A stretch of DNA of 64,000 bases, from assembly GCA_964016885.1 (NCBI GenBank), contig OZ024746.1, forward strand, positions 83,328,001 to 83,392,000, in the 5' to 3' direction. The position numbers and the translations under genes are program-made. This DNA is from Eledone cirrhosa. Lineage: Eukaryota. Position 1 is the stretch's first letter; each line of letters opens with the position of its first letter. Of this stretch, positions 27,424 to 40,210 are shown one piece after another. A model generated the notes under the pieces. It was not told the origin of the DNA. It was given only the letters and a program-made list of their open reading frames with translations, and made no database searches.

Positions 27424-28793
27424 GTAACTGACAAATTGTGGGTCAAATGGTGCATGGCCTAATGGTTAGGTTGGTGGCCTTACAATCATATAGGCGTGGG
27501 TTTGATTCGGCAATGCATTTCTTTTCACGTTGCTTATTCATGATAGAGTTGGGTCAGCTATCATTAAAACACCAAAGAAACCTATAACGTGACAGCTTCA
27601 ACGGAAGCCAGTTAAACCTGCATAGGTGTGAACTGTACATTTTTTTTTTTTTTTTTTTCATTTCAATAACTCAGCTGGCTGTTTGTATGAAGTGGTACAC
27701 TGAAGTAGTTGTAGTATATTAGTTCCTAATTTAAACCAGCTGTATTCGGCCGTAATTCTCTCAACTCTTTCTGTTCAAACCAGCCGTAACTGACCACTCA
27801 TACTGATGTTAAGGTATTGTTCTCAAAATAATATCAAAATCTCATAGATTCGATATTATGTGAGATACTTATGTGAGGTAAAGCCTTAACCATGAAAATA
27901 TAATAGTAAATATAGAGTAATGTAAATGCTAAAGGGTAAAAACAAACTACATGCAAACATACAAACACAAAATGGAAGCTTAGCTTTTTTTTTTACCAAC
28001 TCTTATTTATTATAAGAAAAGAATTTGAAACATTTAATAACCCAAATCTTTTCTAGTGGTGTTGATGTTTTTTGATTTGTTTCGTTTTGTTTATTTTTTA
28101 TTCATTTGTTCATGATAATGGTGAGATATGGTTTGTTGTTTTATTTTTTTCTAATAATTACTGCTGATAATATTTGACCTACTAGAAATAGGTGATATGC
28201 AGGCATTGAGGAATTTAGGTAAATAAATATTTGATGCAATCTTTTTTTAAAAGCTGTTTTTCCTTTTTAATTGAGTTGATTTCTTCAAGTGAAGTTTTCT
28301 TTATAATGTTGTTGGTATGCACTCTGTGTGTTTGTCTCTCTCTCTATCTATCTATCTATCTGTGTGTTGGACTACCAAGTGAAATGTCAGTAATTGGTGT
28401 CCTGTTGCCATCAGTAGGTTTGGTCTATGCCCAAAACATTAACACTTTTGATACCAAACCACCTGAAATCTCCTCTGGTTCTATGATACAGAAGTGTTTG
28501 TCTTAAAGTGATTTATCTAATAACCTTGCATCATAATTTTAATATGAACCTTTATTAGGTTATGTTCCAAATACCAGCTTAATAATGAGAAACTTAGTTA
28601 TTTACTAAATTTCTCTGAATTTATTATTTTCAAAATTATTTGAAAACCATAGGCAGTATCTTTAATTATGAATATGGTGAGTAGAGTGTTAACCCATGCC
28701 AACTCAGTCTTCTAAGTTGTAAATAACTATAGGTTCAATATGGCCCACATTGTAAAGAGCAGGAGTGCTATAATTAATAATCATTTTATTAGC

Positions 28794-29004
28794 TTAACCC
28801 TTCAGCATTTAACCAGCTGTATCTGGCCAGAATTCTTTCACCTCTTTCTATTCAAACCAGCTGTAACTAGCCACTCATACTGATGTTAAGGTATTGTTCT
28901 CAAAATAAATATCAAAATCTCATAAATTTGATATTAGGTGAGATAAAGCCTTAACCATAAAAATACAATAGTATCTATAGAGTAATGTAAATGCTAAAGG
29001 GTTA
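28794..29004 (+). mobile_element. piggyBac-like MITE family A copy
   Basis: TTAACCCTTCAGCATTT...AAATGCTAAAGGGTTA. Confidence 0.8.
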
Positions 29005-29771
29005 TAGCATTAGGTTTGAATATTCCTAGGGCCTTGCTATAGAGGAAAGTAATTAGAAGTTGAACTAGTTCTGAGTCTTAGACCAGAGTTTCTTATCTCG
29101 GTGCCTCCTTATCAATGGATCCAGGCTCTGATTCTGACCTGAGCAGTATAAGGTATTACGTACCAAGATAAACCATCAATTATTCTGACCTGAGCAGCTC
29201 GTCACTGTTACAACTTTTCAACCATCTGTTGAATATCTCACTCAAGAAGAAAGGATTCAATGTGGCTGTGTAAAAACATGTTTTATTTGTGCTGGTTGCC
29301 AAAAATGTTAGTACCAGTGTCACAAAGTGCACTCAGCTCATTCTGTAAAATGTTAGTCCTAATGCCACAATAAAAGCACCCAGTCCACCATTAGGTAGTA
29401 GTGACAGTGCCATGATAAATAACATGCGGTACATGTCGTGCAGTTGTTGGCATTATTAGGAAGGCCATCTATCCATAGAAACTGTGCCAAAATGGAATGT
29501 ATGAGCACAAAGCAGTCATCTGACATGTCTGGCCTCAAAACATAACAACCCATCTAACTCATGCAAGCATGGAAAATAGACAAAACATTGTTGGTGTTGA
29601 TGATGATACCAAATTAGCGAACTTATAGAACTTATTCATCTAAAGCTGGGTTTTAGAATCTCTGTCTCCACAATCACATGTGACTCTTTAGCCTAACTTG
29701 AGAGGTTCTTAAGTGCTCTGAAATTAGTTTTGCATTATTTTATTAAATCTGCTATCTTCTAATGAAATAAT

Positions 29772-29954
29772 TGTTTCTACGTTAGGCACAAGGCCAGCAA
29801 ATACCCAGTGCATTACTGGTACTTTATTTTATCGACCCCCGTAAGGATGAAAGGCAAACTCAACCTCGGCGGGATTTGAACTCAGATCGTAAAGGGACGT
29901 AACTATGCTGGAAAGCATGGCGTCCGACCCTCTACCGATACTGCCAATCCACCG
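29772..29954 (-). mobile_element. tRNA-related SINE family 1 with 19-bp target-site duplication
   Basis: B box GTTCAAATCC on the minus strand; homologous to 41759-41942 and 57320-57495; TSD TATCTTCTAATGAAATAAT at 29753-29771 and 29955-29973. Confidence 0.88.
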
Positions 29955-31179
29955 TATCTTCTAATGAAATAATGGCTTCAGCTTATGGCCCTGGGCATTG
30001 AAGCAGTTTTCAGAGAAGATTCAACGCAAAAAGAAAAAAAGTTAGCTAAATTCATGTTTTCTTGTATGTATTTTTGTTTTTTATTAGATTATGCAACTCC
30101 AATAGCCTCAATTAGTGTTTATTATCTAAAAATGGTTCTTCGAATTGAAATGACTCTTCAACCCTGATCTAGTGTGTAAGATGTTAATGAGTAACTCTAG
30201 TGAACTCTATTTGAGGAGGTCTGCCACATGACTTGTTAATCACACATTCTAGAATAACATGGTTTCAATCCTCTCAGATATTATTAATTCAAAATGTTTG
30301 CATCTCCTTTTTATTATGGATGTTATCCTCTAAGACTTTCATCACTGACGACATATAATGCCTTTGCTTTCAGATTACTGTATATACTGGTATATTAGTC
30401 GGGGAAATATATGACAAAAAAGTATATGGTAAAATAGGGAGTTGGCCTATATTCAGAGTCAATATTTTGCCAATTTTCACCAACTTCAAATTCTATGAAA
30501 ATAAGGTGCTAAAATATCTGGAGTGATTATTTTACAATGTAGCACTGTATTTCTACTTTTGCTATATCATCATTAGTGCTCTCTATGCATTCCCTTGAAA
30601 ATATTTCCTACAAATTTTTATAATTTGAACATTTTAATAAATATCTCCTACACTCACTGGCTGCTTTTCTCTCACGTTTTCTTTCATATCTTATGTAAGA
30701 TTAAAATCTTGTGTTTTATTGCTCTCACTTTCTCTTCCTACTCATACTTGCCCTCCCGCTCTTACTGTCTCTGCCTCTCTCTTACTTTCAATTACTCCCA
30801 GCATGTGAGTGGCAGGAAGTAAACAAAAATTTGAGAAACTTGTTGAAATAATAAAGTGGACAAAATGGTAAAAAAGCATTATGTAATGGAGTTGTGAAAC
30901 AAAAACCATATTCCAAATGACACTTAAAACATTTTAAACATCAAAACATTAAAACTTCATAAATATGTTTTATACTCATGAGAATTTCATGTATAAGTAT
31001 AAAGAATAAATAATTGGATGGATTTAATAAATATAAGCTGGTGTTTGAAACATACTTTAACAAAATATTCTGAGATAAACTTTATGATGGACAGTTTTTA
31101 TTTAAATATGAACATTTAAAAATAGGTTGGTTGTTTTATGCCATAGAACCAGAACAGGTTTGACTGTTGGTATTAACTC

Positions 31180-31396
31180 TTAACATCCTGTACCACATGA
31201 AACCACATTGGAAGAGAGTCTTGAAAAGTATAAAACAGCACTATGACGACATCACATTAAAAATTCAAGTCTTTACTTTAGTTTATTACAAATTTTGTCT
31301 ACAAGTAAGGATACTATAAACATTTCAATTAACAGACTCAATTTTATACATTTTTTGCTAAATCATTACAGGATGTTAAGTGTTAAAAAGGTTAAA
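31180..31396. mobile_element. MITE family C (AACATCCTGTA...TACAGGATGTT inverted ends); related copies 48021-48243 and ~54620-54858
   Basis: Inverted termini and shared internal sequence in three places. Confidence 0.6.
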
Positions 31397-32420
31397 TACA
31401 CTTGAGTTTGTCACTGTTAACCAGAACAGATGGTTGTCTACATAGAGGTTCCTTTACTTGTGTAAAGAGTACATTAAAGAAAGTGCTAGACTTGTGGGAA
31501 GTGTATCAGATATAAAACATTCATATATTGCTATACAGGCAGTGAATTGGCAGAGTTATTAGAACATTGGATAGTGTGCTTAGCAGTAATAAAAAAAAGT
31601 AGCAGTCCAATTGCTTCTTTCACTGTATCTTTTTATCACTCTTCGTTTTGGAAAGAAATTGCCTGTGTTGAGACCTTGAGAGGCGATGGGCTCTGCTAGT
31701 GTTCTGATGTCACTACAGTGCCACTAGGTGTTGCAGGTCCATATACACACTATGTTATACAGTGCTTTGAGATATATATATGGCTATTTAGTTAAGATAT
31801 TCATTTCATAACCACATAATTTCAGGCTCAATTCCATTGCATGCTACGTTGGGCAAATGTCATCCATTATATCCTTGGGCTGACAAATTGTGAAACAGAA
31901 ACTGCATAAGCCTGTCATTGTTTTGGCAACACTTGGGCAGCCAGTGACATTTGTGAGAAGTTTAGTGGAACAAGTGATTTACTTGAAAAAATAGTAAGGG
32001 TTAGCATCAGCAATGACATCCAGAATGATAAAACGGACATATGATGAAAGACCAGAGACTACTGTATTTAGCAGTCAAACAGAAACAATATATTGTTCTG
32101 GTGGAATCTTCAATTTGGCCAAGCAAATGACAAACTGCTCTAGTGTTGGTGCCATGACAAAGTAAAATCAAGAGGACTGCAACCTGCCTGAAGAAAGAGA
32201 CCCATGAGTTAGTGACTGATGTAGTATGTGTTGGTGTCGCTGGCTGTTCTCCAAGGCAATGCCTTCACCATTTTGTCTGCAAGGAGCATCTGAGATATAC
32301 TACTTAGACTGTGCTATAGAGTCTGCCATACCCTCTCTCCTTTCTCTTACTTTCACTATTTTTATTACTTCTCTGTTTTGATTTATCATTAGCAACTAAT
32401 ATATTATTTTGTATTTACAG

Positions 32421-32527
32421 CCAGGTTCTCATACTGCCTCCCTTCCAGAAGATAGGACATGGTGCCAAACTATTACAAACTTTCTACGATGACACATACA
32501 CACGACCAGAAGTGCTTGATATCACTG
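32421..32527 (+). CDS. HAT1: HAT1 internal exon (GNAT acetyl-CoA-binding motif A): (S)QVLILPPFQKIGHGAKLLQTFYDDTYTRPEVLDIT(V)
   Basis: ttacag acceptor, gtaaat donor, 107 nt. The peptide resembles the HAT1 segment SQMLILPPFQGQGHGAQLL...VLDIT (recalled); in phase with the next exon. Confidence 0.93.
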
Positions 32528-33334
32528 GTAAATATATATATATGTACATTTATTTCTGCATGTGTCTGTGTATTTGGTTTCAATTTAGGATAGGTACACC
32601 AGATCCCTGCATATTGTAAGAAGTGACTAAAGAGGTTGGTGTAAGAAAAGGAATCCAGCAGTAAAACATTGCCTCAGAAAGTCCTGGCCAACCTATGCTA
32701 GCATGGAGAAGTGAATGTAAATCAATGATGATGATGTATATATAAATCTGTTTGTTTCTTCTGTACCTGCATTAATTGATGTCTATATTTGTGCTATACA
32801 TATTTATTTTCACCAGTATGTACACTCTTATATTAGTGTTCACTTCTTTCATTGTTGGGAAAACCTTAGTTAATTACAACAAAAAAGCACCCAATCCTCC
32901 CTGTTAGATGGTTGTGCTGGTGACACAACAAAAAGCACCCTTTCCACACTAATGTGGTTGCCATTAGGAAGAACACCTAATCATAGAAACCAAGCCAAAA
33001 TATAGATCTGCATGAGCATAATGTGGTCAACTGACCTGGCTAGCCTCATTGTGTGACAACCCATCTAACCCATGCAAGCATGGAAAGTGGGCATTAAACA
33101 ATTAGGTTATGAGTCGTATTCAGAGTTATCATCTCGTGAAATGCCGGATTTAATTAAAATTAGCCTTGTGCTAACATTTTTCTTCCTCTCACCACATGAA
33201 CAATTCTTGAAGAACATTTTAATTACAATTTCAGAGTTATAACCTTTACCTTATCAGTCAGATATAAACAATGAGGTAATATTTTCTTCTACTTACAGCA
33301 GAAGGAGTTTTGATTAATTAAAATAGTTTTGCTC

Positions 33335-33549
33335 ACTACATTAAACATTTAAACCGGCCGTATCCGGTCAGAATTCTCTCACCTTTTTCTGTTCAAAACA
33401 ATCAGAACCAGCCGCTCATGCCGACATTAAGATATTGTTCTCAAAATAAATAATATCAAAATCTCAAAGATTCGATATTATGTGAGATAAAGCCTTTACT
33501 GTAAAAATACAATAGTAAATATAGAGTAATGTAAATATTAAAGGGTTAA
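33335..33549 (+). mobile_element. piggyBac-like MITE family A copy (intron upstream of HAT1 exon 34140)
   Basis: Homology to family A; right end AAAGGGTTAA. Confidence 0.8.
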
Positions 33550-34139
33550 ATATGTTGCCACAGGCTTAACTATTTGTTTCCATGCAGATGCTGTCCCTGT
33601 CTAATTTCCCTCAGTGGTTATCATAACATTTGATATGTGTCCAATTACTTTGTTTTATTGTTTAATAAGTTTGGTCTACTGTGACAACTTGTTACGTAAG
33701 ATTGAATAGAATGTAAGATTAATGTTTCTGATAGTAACAATATTTGTTATTGTTGGTTAGTTCTGCTTGAATAAACGGACCATTGATATGAGTTACTAAC
33801 TGAAATATCATCCTACTTAACCAACAGCTTCGTTATGTAGATATGACATTTCTACAGTGTATCTAAACGAACAATATGGAAATAACTAGATTATATATCT
33901 GAAAGATTTTTTAAAATATTCATGTGAAACTGGAAAACTAAATTTGGTTTATGATAGGTGTAGGAGTCACAACAAAAAGCACCCAGCACACACTATTAAG
34001 TGGTTGTGTAGGTGTCACGACAAAAAGCACCAGCCAAGCAATATGCCAACGCATTCATACACACACACACACCTACACCTCATTTACAGTGTGGAACCTG
34101 TATATTAATATTTAAAATAACTTTCTTTTTCAAACCTAG

Positions 34140-34291
34140 TTGAAGATCCATCTGAAAACTTCCAAAGATTACGAGATTTTGTGGATGTTCGAAACTGTAT
34201 GAAATTATCGTCTTACAAACGTGAGAATCTCTCTAGTGGATTCTGTGAGAAGATGTCAACAGAAGCTCGCACAAAGCTGAAACTGAGTAAA
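34140..34291 (+). CDS. HAT1: HAT1 internal exon: VEDPSENFQRLRDFVDVRNCMKLSSYKRENLSSGFCEKMSTEARTKLKLSK
   Basis: cctag acceptor after a pyrimidine tract, gtaagc donor, 152 nt. The EDPS...LRDFV motif is typical of HAT1; phase 1 in, phase 0 out. Confidence 0.94.
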
Positions 34292-34912
34292 GTAAGCACC
34301 AATGTAATAGTTTTGTTGCTGTATTGACATGTACTGTATTTGTTTTTTAATTGATATATTTATGTGTACGTTTATTGATAGTTTGATAGTTGTGTAAGTG
34401 TGGTATGTATATATGAATGTGTTGGCATATTGCTTGGCAATGCAGAAAACCTTGCGTTGCAGCGCATTGGCAAATCTCTTGCTTTTTGCTTCTCTTTTAA
34501 CTATACTATTTTGCTCTTTGCTGCCCCATTTTTCTATTCTTGTCTCTTAGTTTTAGTGACCCTATCTACAGTACTCTTCCACCAAGTCACCTTTTATCTG
34601 GTTGGTACCTTGCTCCAACTATGGCTCTCATAGTACCCTGAAGCAGGTTGTCCTCTATGTCATACTTATGTCTTCTTCCTGTCATACATATCACATAGAG
34701 CTTTTCTAAACCTATATGTATGTCTGTAGCGCTGTGTTGATGATAAGTGCTGTCATTTTTTTCATATGAAGGCCTCTCTTCACAGCAAACTAACATACCA
34801 CAGGGTTTGCTTTTACTCTTAAATCAATGCAAACCACCACTAAATCACTCACGCTAACAAAGAAGAGTCTTCATGGTTACATGACCTGCTAGATATAGCA
34901 GCCAATTATCCT

Positions 34913-35117
34913 TTAACCCATTAGCATTTACATTACTCTACTATTGTATTTTTTGCAGTAAAGGCTTTATCTCATAATTATCCCACATAATATCGAATCT
35001 ATGAGATTTTGATAATGTTATTTATTTTGAGAACAATACTTTAATGTTGGTATAAGTGACCAGTTTGAACAGAAAGAGATGAGAGAATTCTGACCAGTTT
35101 AAATGCTAAAGGGTTAA
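34913..35117 (-). mobile_element. piggyBac-like MITE family A copy, opposite orientation to 33335-33549
   Basis: TTAACCCATTAGCATTTACATTAC...AAATGCTAAAGGGTTAA. Confidence 0.85.
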
Positions 35118-35694
35118 ATCACACCCTACTGTTGTAGAAAAAGGACATGTGGGATGATGTAGTCCTGCTTTTCCTTGTTGTGACTGGATTTCTTTGATCA
35201 GTCTGCTCAATCAGTGATGACCAAAGGTTAAACAACAATAAATACCAGTCATGTGTTTAAGTGATTATGTCTATGTTATGCTATTATTGTTTGACCCTGA
35301 TCAAATACATTCCAACTGTCAACTTACCATCTTTTTACTATGTTGGTGTATATGTGCTGAAGGGAAATTTAATGTTAAATATGTGAGAAGTGCTATAATT
35401 TATAGGAGCAAGACATGAATGATGAATGTGGGGCAACAGAGAGGGTTGGAAAGGACAGAAATGAGAATGGTTTGGTGAATGAGTGGAGTACTGCTGAGAG
35501 AAAGAGAAGCATGTACTGGGACCATTTTATAGTGACCCTGACATTACCACCTTACAGTGTAAACAGGGTGATTTTTGTCATGGCATCAGTACTACTACTG
35601 TTTTGCAGGGCAGACTGGATGCTTTTCATTGTGGCACCAACACTACTACCTTAGAAGGTGGACCTAGTTGGGACATCAGCACTATCACTTTATA

Positions 35695-35734
<40 letters not shown>

Positions 35735-35864
35735 CTTTGTGTTTGTATGTATATATATATTGCCAATTAATCCCAGTCAAGTCAAGAACTCACTATATAA
35801 AACATGTTTTATATACAAACGTATAAAAGCTGTAGCTTATTTTAGTTTCAGCACCAGTTGAGTA

Positions 35865-35916
35865 AATGTTACTGATGATGGATTTTAAAAATCTTTAAAC
35901 ACTGGTGTCTGGCATT
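35865..35916 (+). ncRNA. Degenerate type I hammerhead ribozyme-like motif (Penelope-type)
   Basis: AATGTTA-CTGATGA-tGGATTT-taa-AAATCTt-TAAA(for GAAA)-CAC-tg-GTG-TC-TGGCATT; stems I, II and III all pair by eye. Confidence 0.55.
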
Positions 35917-35984
35917 CTCACACAGCTGCTGAGATAGCTATGACATGATCACAGCTTAAAACAGTCATAGCAAGACCCCTACTA

Positions 35985-36640
35985 CTTCTTCACCCTATTA
36001 TTCCTGGGAGGGTGATGGAAGCAGAGTCCTTAAGCAGGCCTTTCTGTGGGTCCTGTTAGAGGCAACCATCTCCAATTGATCCAGATGGATCCCTAAGCAA
36101 GACCAACCAGGATTATGGATGTTATGCAACCATCTTGCTGTCTCCCACCAATTTGTTTTGCTTGCAAAATTTGTGCAACAATTCTTTCTTGAGACATTCT
36201 GACCACATGTCTGTAGTATTGAAGTAGTGGCTCTATCTGGAACAACTCTATGATCCCCAAACTATGCACAAGAACATTTCTCCAAAGACCCTTCAGAAGA
36301 ACCCCATTTCAGCTGTTTCTATTCGCAATCGTATTCTTTCAGTCATTACCCAAGATTCATGACCATAGGTAAGGGTTGGTACAAATACCAAATTGAAGTG
36401 TTTGGCTTTTACACCTACAGCTCTTCTTCTGATGAATGAATGCTGAGGCTGGCACATTACTGGACCAGCTCCTGCAATTCTTGCACTTAATTCAGTCTCT
36501 TGCCTTCCATCACTTGTGAACACGGCCCCGAGATACTAGAACTTCTCCACTAGCTTCAGTGGAACTCAATTCAAATGTAAAATCATTGCACAGGTTTCCT
36601 TGAGAAGCACTCATTTTTATTCCTGGGTCTGCTTCTTCCA
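35985..36640 (-). mobile_element. RTE-type LINE RT/3' fragment
   Basis: Minus-strand peptide FTSDGRQETELSARI...FVPTLTYGHESWVMTERIRLRIETAEMGFF, typical of an RTE ORF2 C-terminus. Confidence 0.85.
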
Positions 36641-36649
36641 CATGTCCCA

Positions 36650-36910
36650 GCAACTGAGGTTTTTCTGCATTTCTTTATACAGCTGTTATCTTCCATGCAC
36701 ATCACATGTCCATATAATGCAGCCTTCTCTCTTGCACACAACATCAAATTCCTCTTATACCAAGTTTTCTCTCAGTTTGTTTATGCTATGTCGTTCATGC
36801 ACACTAACATTACACATCCATCAGAACATACTCAACTCATTTCTGTCTAGCCTCCACAGGTCTTCTGCAGTCAAACCCCATGTTTTACTGGCCTTTGACT
36901 GCAGAAGACC
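36650..36910 (-). mobile_element. Degenerate RTE LINE fragment (second family)
   Basis: KTWGLTAEDLWRLDRNELSM; homologous to 56431-56826. Confidence 0.7.
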
Positions 36911-36987
36911 TGCATATGTATATATATTTGTTTGTGTGTGTGTGTATACAGAAATATAATATCTACGTGGGGTTTTATTTGTAACAG

Positions 36988-37104
36988 CGGCAAGCAAGAA
37001 GGTGTTATGAAATCCTTCGGCTGAAATATGTGAATATTCATGATGAAGATGAATTTCGAGCATACCGTCTAGATGTGAAGAAACGTCTCAATTTACCATT
37101 CCAT
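36988..37104 (+). CDS. HAT1: HAT1 internal exon: RQARRCYEILRLKYVNIHDEDEFRAYRLDVKKRLNLPFH
   Basis: aacag acceptor, gtaagt donor, 117 nt, phase 0/0. Resembles HAT1 C-terminal QHARRVYEILRL...YRLDIKRRL (recalled). Confidence 0.93.
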
Positions 37105-37325
37105 GTAAGTAGATTTTGTTTTAACAGAGACACACACAGATATATATATATATATTCCATCATTGCAATAACAGAAATCTCATGAGCTTTTGAATCCAAA
37201 GTCGGGCTAGATCGATACAGATCAAACCTTGAGCTGATCAATCGTGAAACACGCGCCACATCTGAATAAACGTAATGAAAATTTGACACCTCATCCATAT
37301 TATTATATATATATATATTTATTTA

Positions 37326-37377
<52 letters not shown>

Positions 37378-37384
37378 TACGTGC

Positions 37385-38356
37385 ACAAGGCATCCAGCTG
37401 TAAAGATCCCAGCCAGGATACAGTTCCATTTGTGCAAGGTATGGCGCAGACAACTGGCCAGATATGTCTCATAATGGTGACATCCAGTTCTACACTATAA
37501 ATGTGGATGGTAGTAGAAAGGGCATCCAGCAACTGTAAAAACCCAGCCTAAATATGGCCCCGCTATGAACAAGGCATGTGCGTTCAGCTGGCCAAACCTC
37601 CATTGTAATGGGACCACATAGCTCCCAAAATACAGTTCCACTGTGAGTAGGGTTCAGCACTGCCAGCTGGTCAGACCTTCCTCATAACGGTGCCACCTAA
37701 TTCCATGCTGTAGACATGGTTGGTGTTAGGAAGGGCATCCAACAGCCGTAAAAACCCAGCCAATACACAGTCCCAATATGTGCAAGGTATATATAGTGGC
37801 CATCTGACCAGACTTGTCTCATAACAGGGCCACCCAGTTCCACACTGAAAACATGTTTGGGGGTTAGGAAGGGCATCCAGCTGTAGAAAATCCCAGCCAA
37901 AATGCAGTTCCATTTGAGCAAGGTACAGCGTGGTCAACTGGCCAGACTTATAACGGTGCCACCCAGTTCCACACTGAGCATGGTTGGTGGAAGGAAGGGC
38001 ATCCAGCAGCCGTAAAAACCCAGCCTAAATACAGCCTCACCGTGAGCAAGGCATGGTGCAGCCAACTGGCCAGACTTCCCTCATAATGGGACCACCCAGT
38101 ACCCAAAATACGGTTCTGCTGTGAGCAGGGTATGGCATGGCCAACTAGCCAGACCCTCCTCATAACGATGCCACCCAGACATGGTTGGTGTTAAGAAGGG
38201 CATCCAGCAGCCATAAAAACTCACCCAACACACAATCCCAATATGTGCAAGGTACGGTGCTGCCAACTGGCCAGACCTGTATCATAACATGGACTGCCTG
38301 TCTAACCCATGATAGCGTGAAAAAAAAGACGGTAAAAAGGTGATGATGATGATATA
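37385..38356 (+). repeat. Tandemly amplified internal module (about 6 units, ~125-210 bp) of an RTE-tailed SINE, ending in a (GAT)n tail
   Basis: AAGGGCATCCAGC...GTAAAAACCCAGCC recurs at ~37387, 37519, 37731, 37869, 37995, 38196. Confidence 0.8.
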
Positions 38357-40210
38357 TGACCTCATTGTACCTCAATTTGCAATTTAACTAGAATGCAATA
38401 TTTTCTTTGTGCTACAGTCTTTTCATTGTATTTCTTAGAAACAGCTGTGGTTTGTATGTAAGGTGAAAGGTGTTAGAAAGTGAATTTTGAGTTATAATTA
38501 GAGGAAGATAGATGCCCTGAAGAAAACTATCTCAATAAATATTAGACTAGCTTGGACTGCAGTCTATTTTGTTATAAAGAATAATAAGAGTGATAAAGAA
38601 TTTTTTTTTTCTTCATTTTCATCAGTTTGAGAAAGATGGTTATTAAATCTTTAGTAATAATTGCTACTCCTGAAATAAAGTTATGACGTAGGTGCAGCCA
38701 GCTGATAAGGAGGTAATATCAAGGTCATGCACTCCAGATTTGTTATACTTTAATCTTGTCCTTTACTATACTGTACACATTGCTAATAAGGCAACTTCTT
38801 ACTGGACAATCTCCTTTAACACACTAATCATCATTTTCTGTTTACTATTCCGTGCTGTCATAGGTTCAGCAGGTTATTACTGTCCAAGTCAGGGATCATG
38901 TCTTGCTCATGCATTACATGGTTTTCAGAGCTGGATCTCCTTCATTTTGTCAACCACTTTAAAAAGAGTACTGGATATGTTTTATTGTGGCACCAGCACT
39001 AGAGTTGTCTTGTTTCTAGCAAGACTAAAATTCCCTCTCTATTCTATGTTGTCATCATTCATTCACCATCACGAGAGATGTTATCTCTCCTCTGGCAAGA
39101 CTAAAAAGAATTCCCTCTTCCTTGTGTTGTCTCCATTTTATTCATTTCTCTCTTCCTCACACTACTGGCATTAGGAGAGAGCAAGAGGATGATAGAAAAA
39201 AGTAATAAGAGTAAGAAGGTGATAAACCACTGCATGATGGTTGTTGGTAAGGAGATTAAATAGTAGCACCATGACTGGGAGAATAATTGAAGAAAGAGAG
39301 TGAACATGGTCCAAATTTTTACAATAATGTACTCAAAAGAAAGTCATGGTGTACAATGTCTACTTTTTTTAATTCCCCTGATATTCAACCCAAATCTCTT
39401 GGTGTTTAATAAACATGAAATAAATATCATTCCGTGAGGTATACTCTACACACCAGTATTTCTCAAAAAACATACCTAGATGATTTGATATCTATTCCTA
39501 ACTGGTAATGGAATTGAATCATGTGGAATTAGGCCTACCGGCCAATGTTTGTAACATACTTGAATTCAGAAGCCATGAGGTAGCTAGGGTTAAATATGTC
39601 ATGTTCTAAAGCTAGATAGGTCGTCAGCTGAACACATCTTACTCAGACATTCCATTTTTGGCTTGATTTCTAAAATGTAAAAATGGTTGTAGTGATGACG
39701 GTTTAGTTATGTCATTGTCATCATCATCCTTTTACATCTGCTTTTCCAGGCTTGCATAGGTTGGGTGAATCTTTTCCAGCATAGTTTCCTTTCACCTATT
39801 GCATTGCTTTGTCATCACCTCTCTGGTTCAGATCTAAATATGAATCTCTCTCTCTCTCTCAACCTATCATCAATCACTTACCATCTTTCCTATTACTTTT
39901 TCTCTCTTATCTCTATGGAGTGAGAGATGGCACTGGATCTCCTCCCTACCATCGTTTTATTTCACCATTTCTTTCCATCACAACTCCTGTGTAATGAGGA
40001 ATTGTATTGGATCTGTGTACAGTCAATCCCTTCTACTGTCACCCTTTTTTGTTGCTTTTCTATTCAATCTTCTTACCTACAACCAGTATCTAGCTGTTCA
40101 TTGTTATCTCTCTTCCATTCCTCCTTCCTCTATCACCCACTTTACCCAGGATCGTGAGACATAAGAGATAAAACGTGTACGCGCATGTGTGTACACATAT
40201 ATATATATAC

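Noticed and set aside
37230-37270. CTGATC...GAAACACGCG hammerhead-like fragment; also CTGATGAGGC at ~60516
   Set aside because: Core incomplete and stems cannot be formed.
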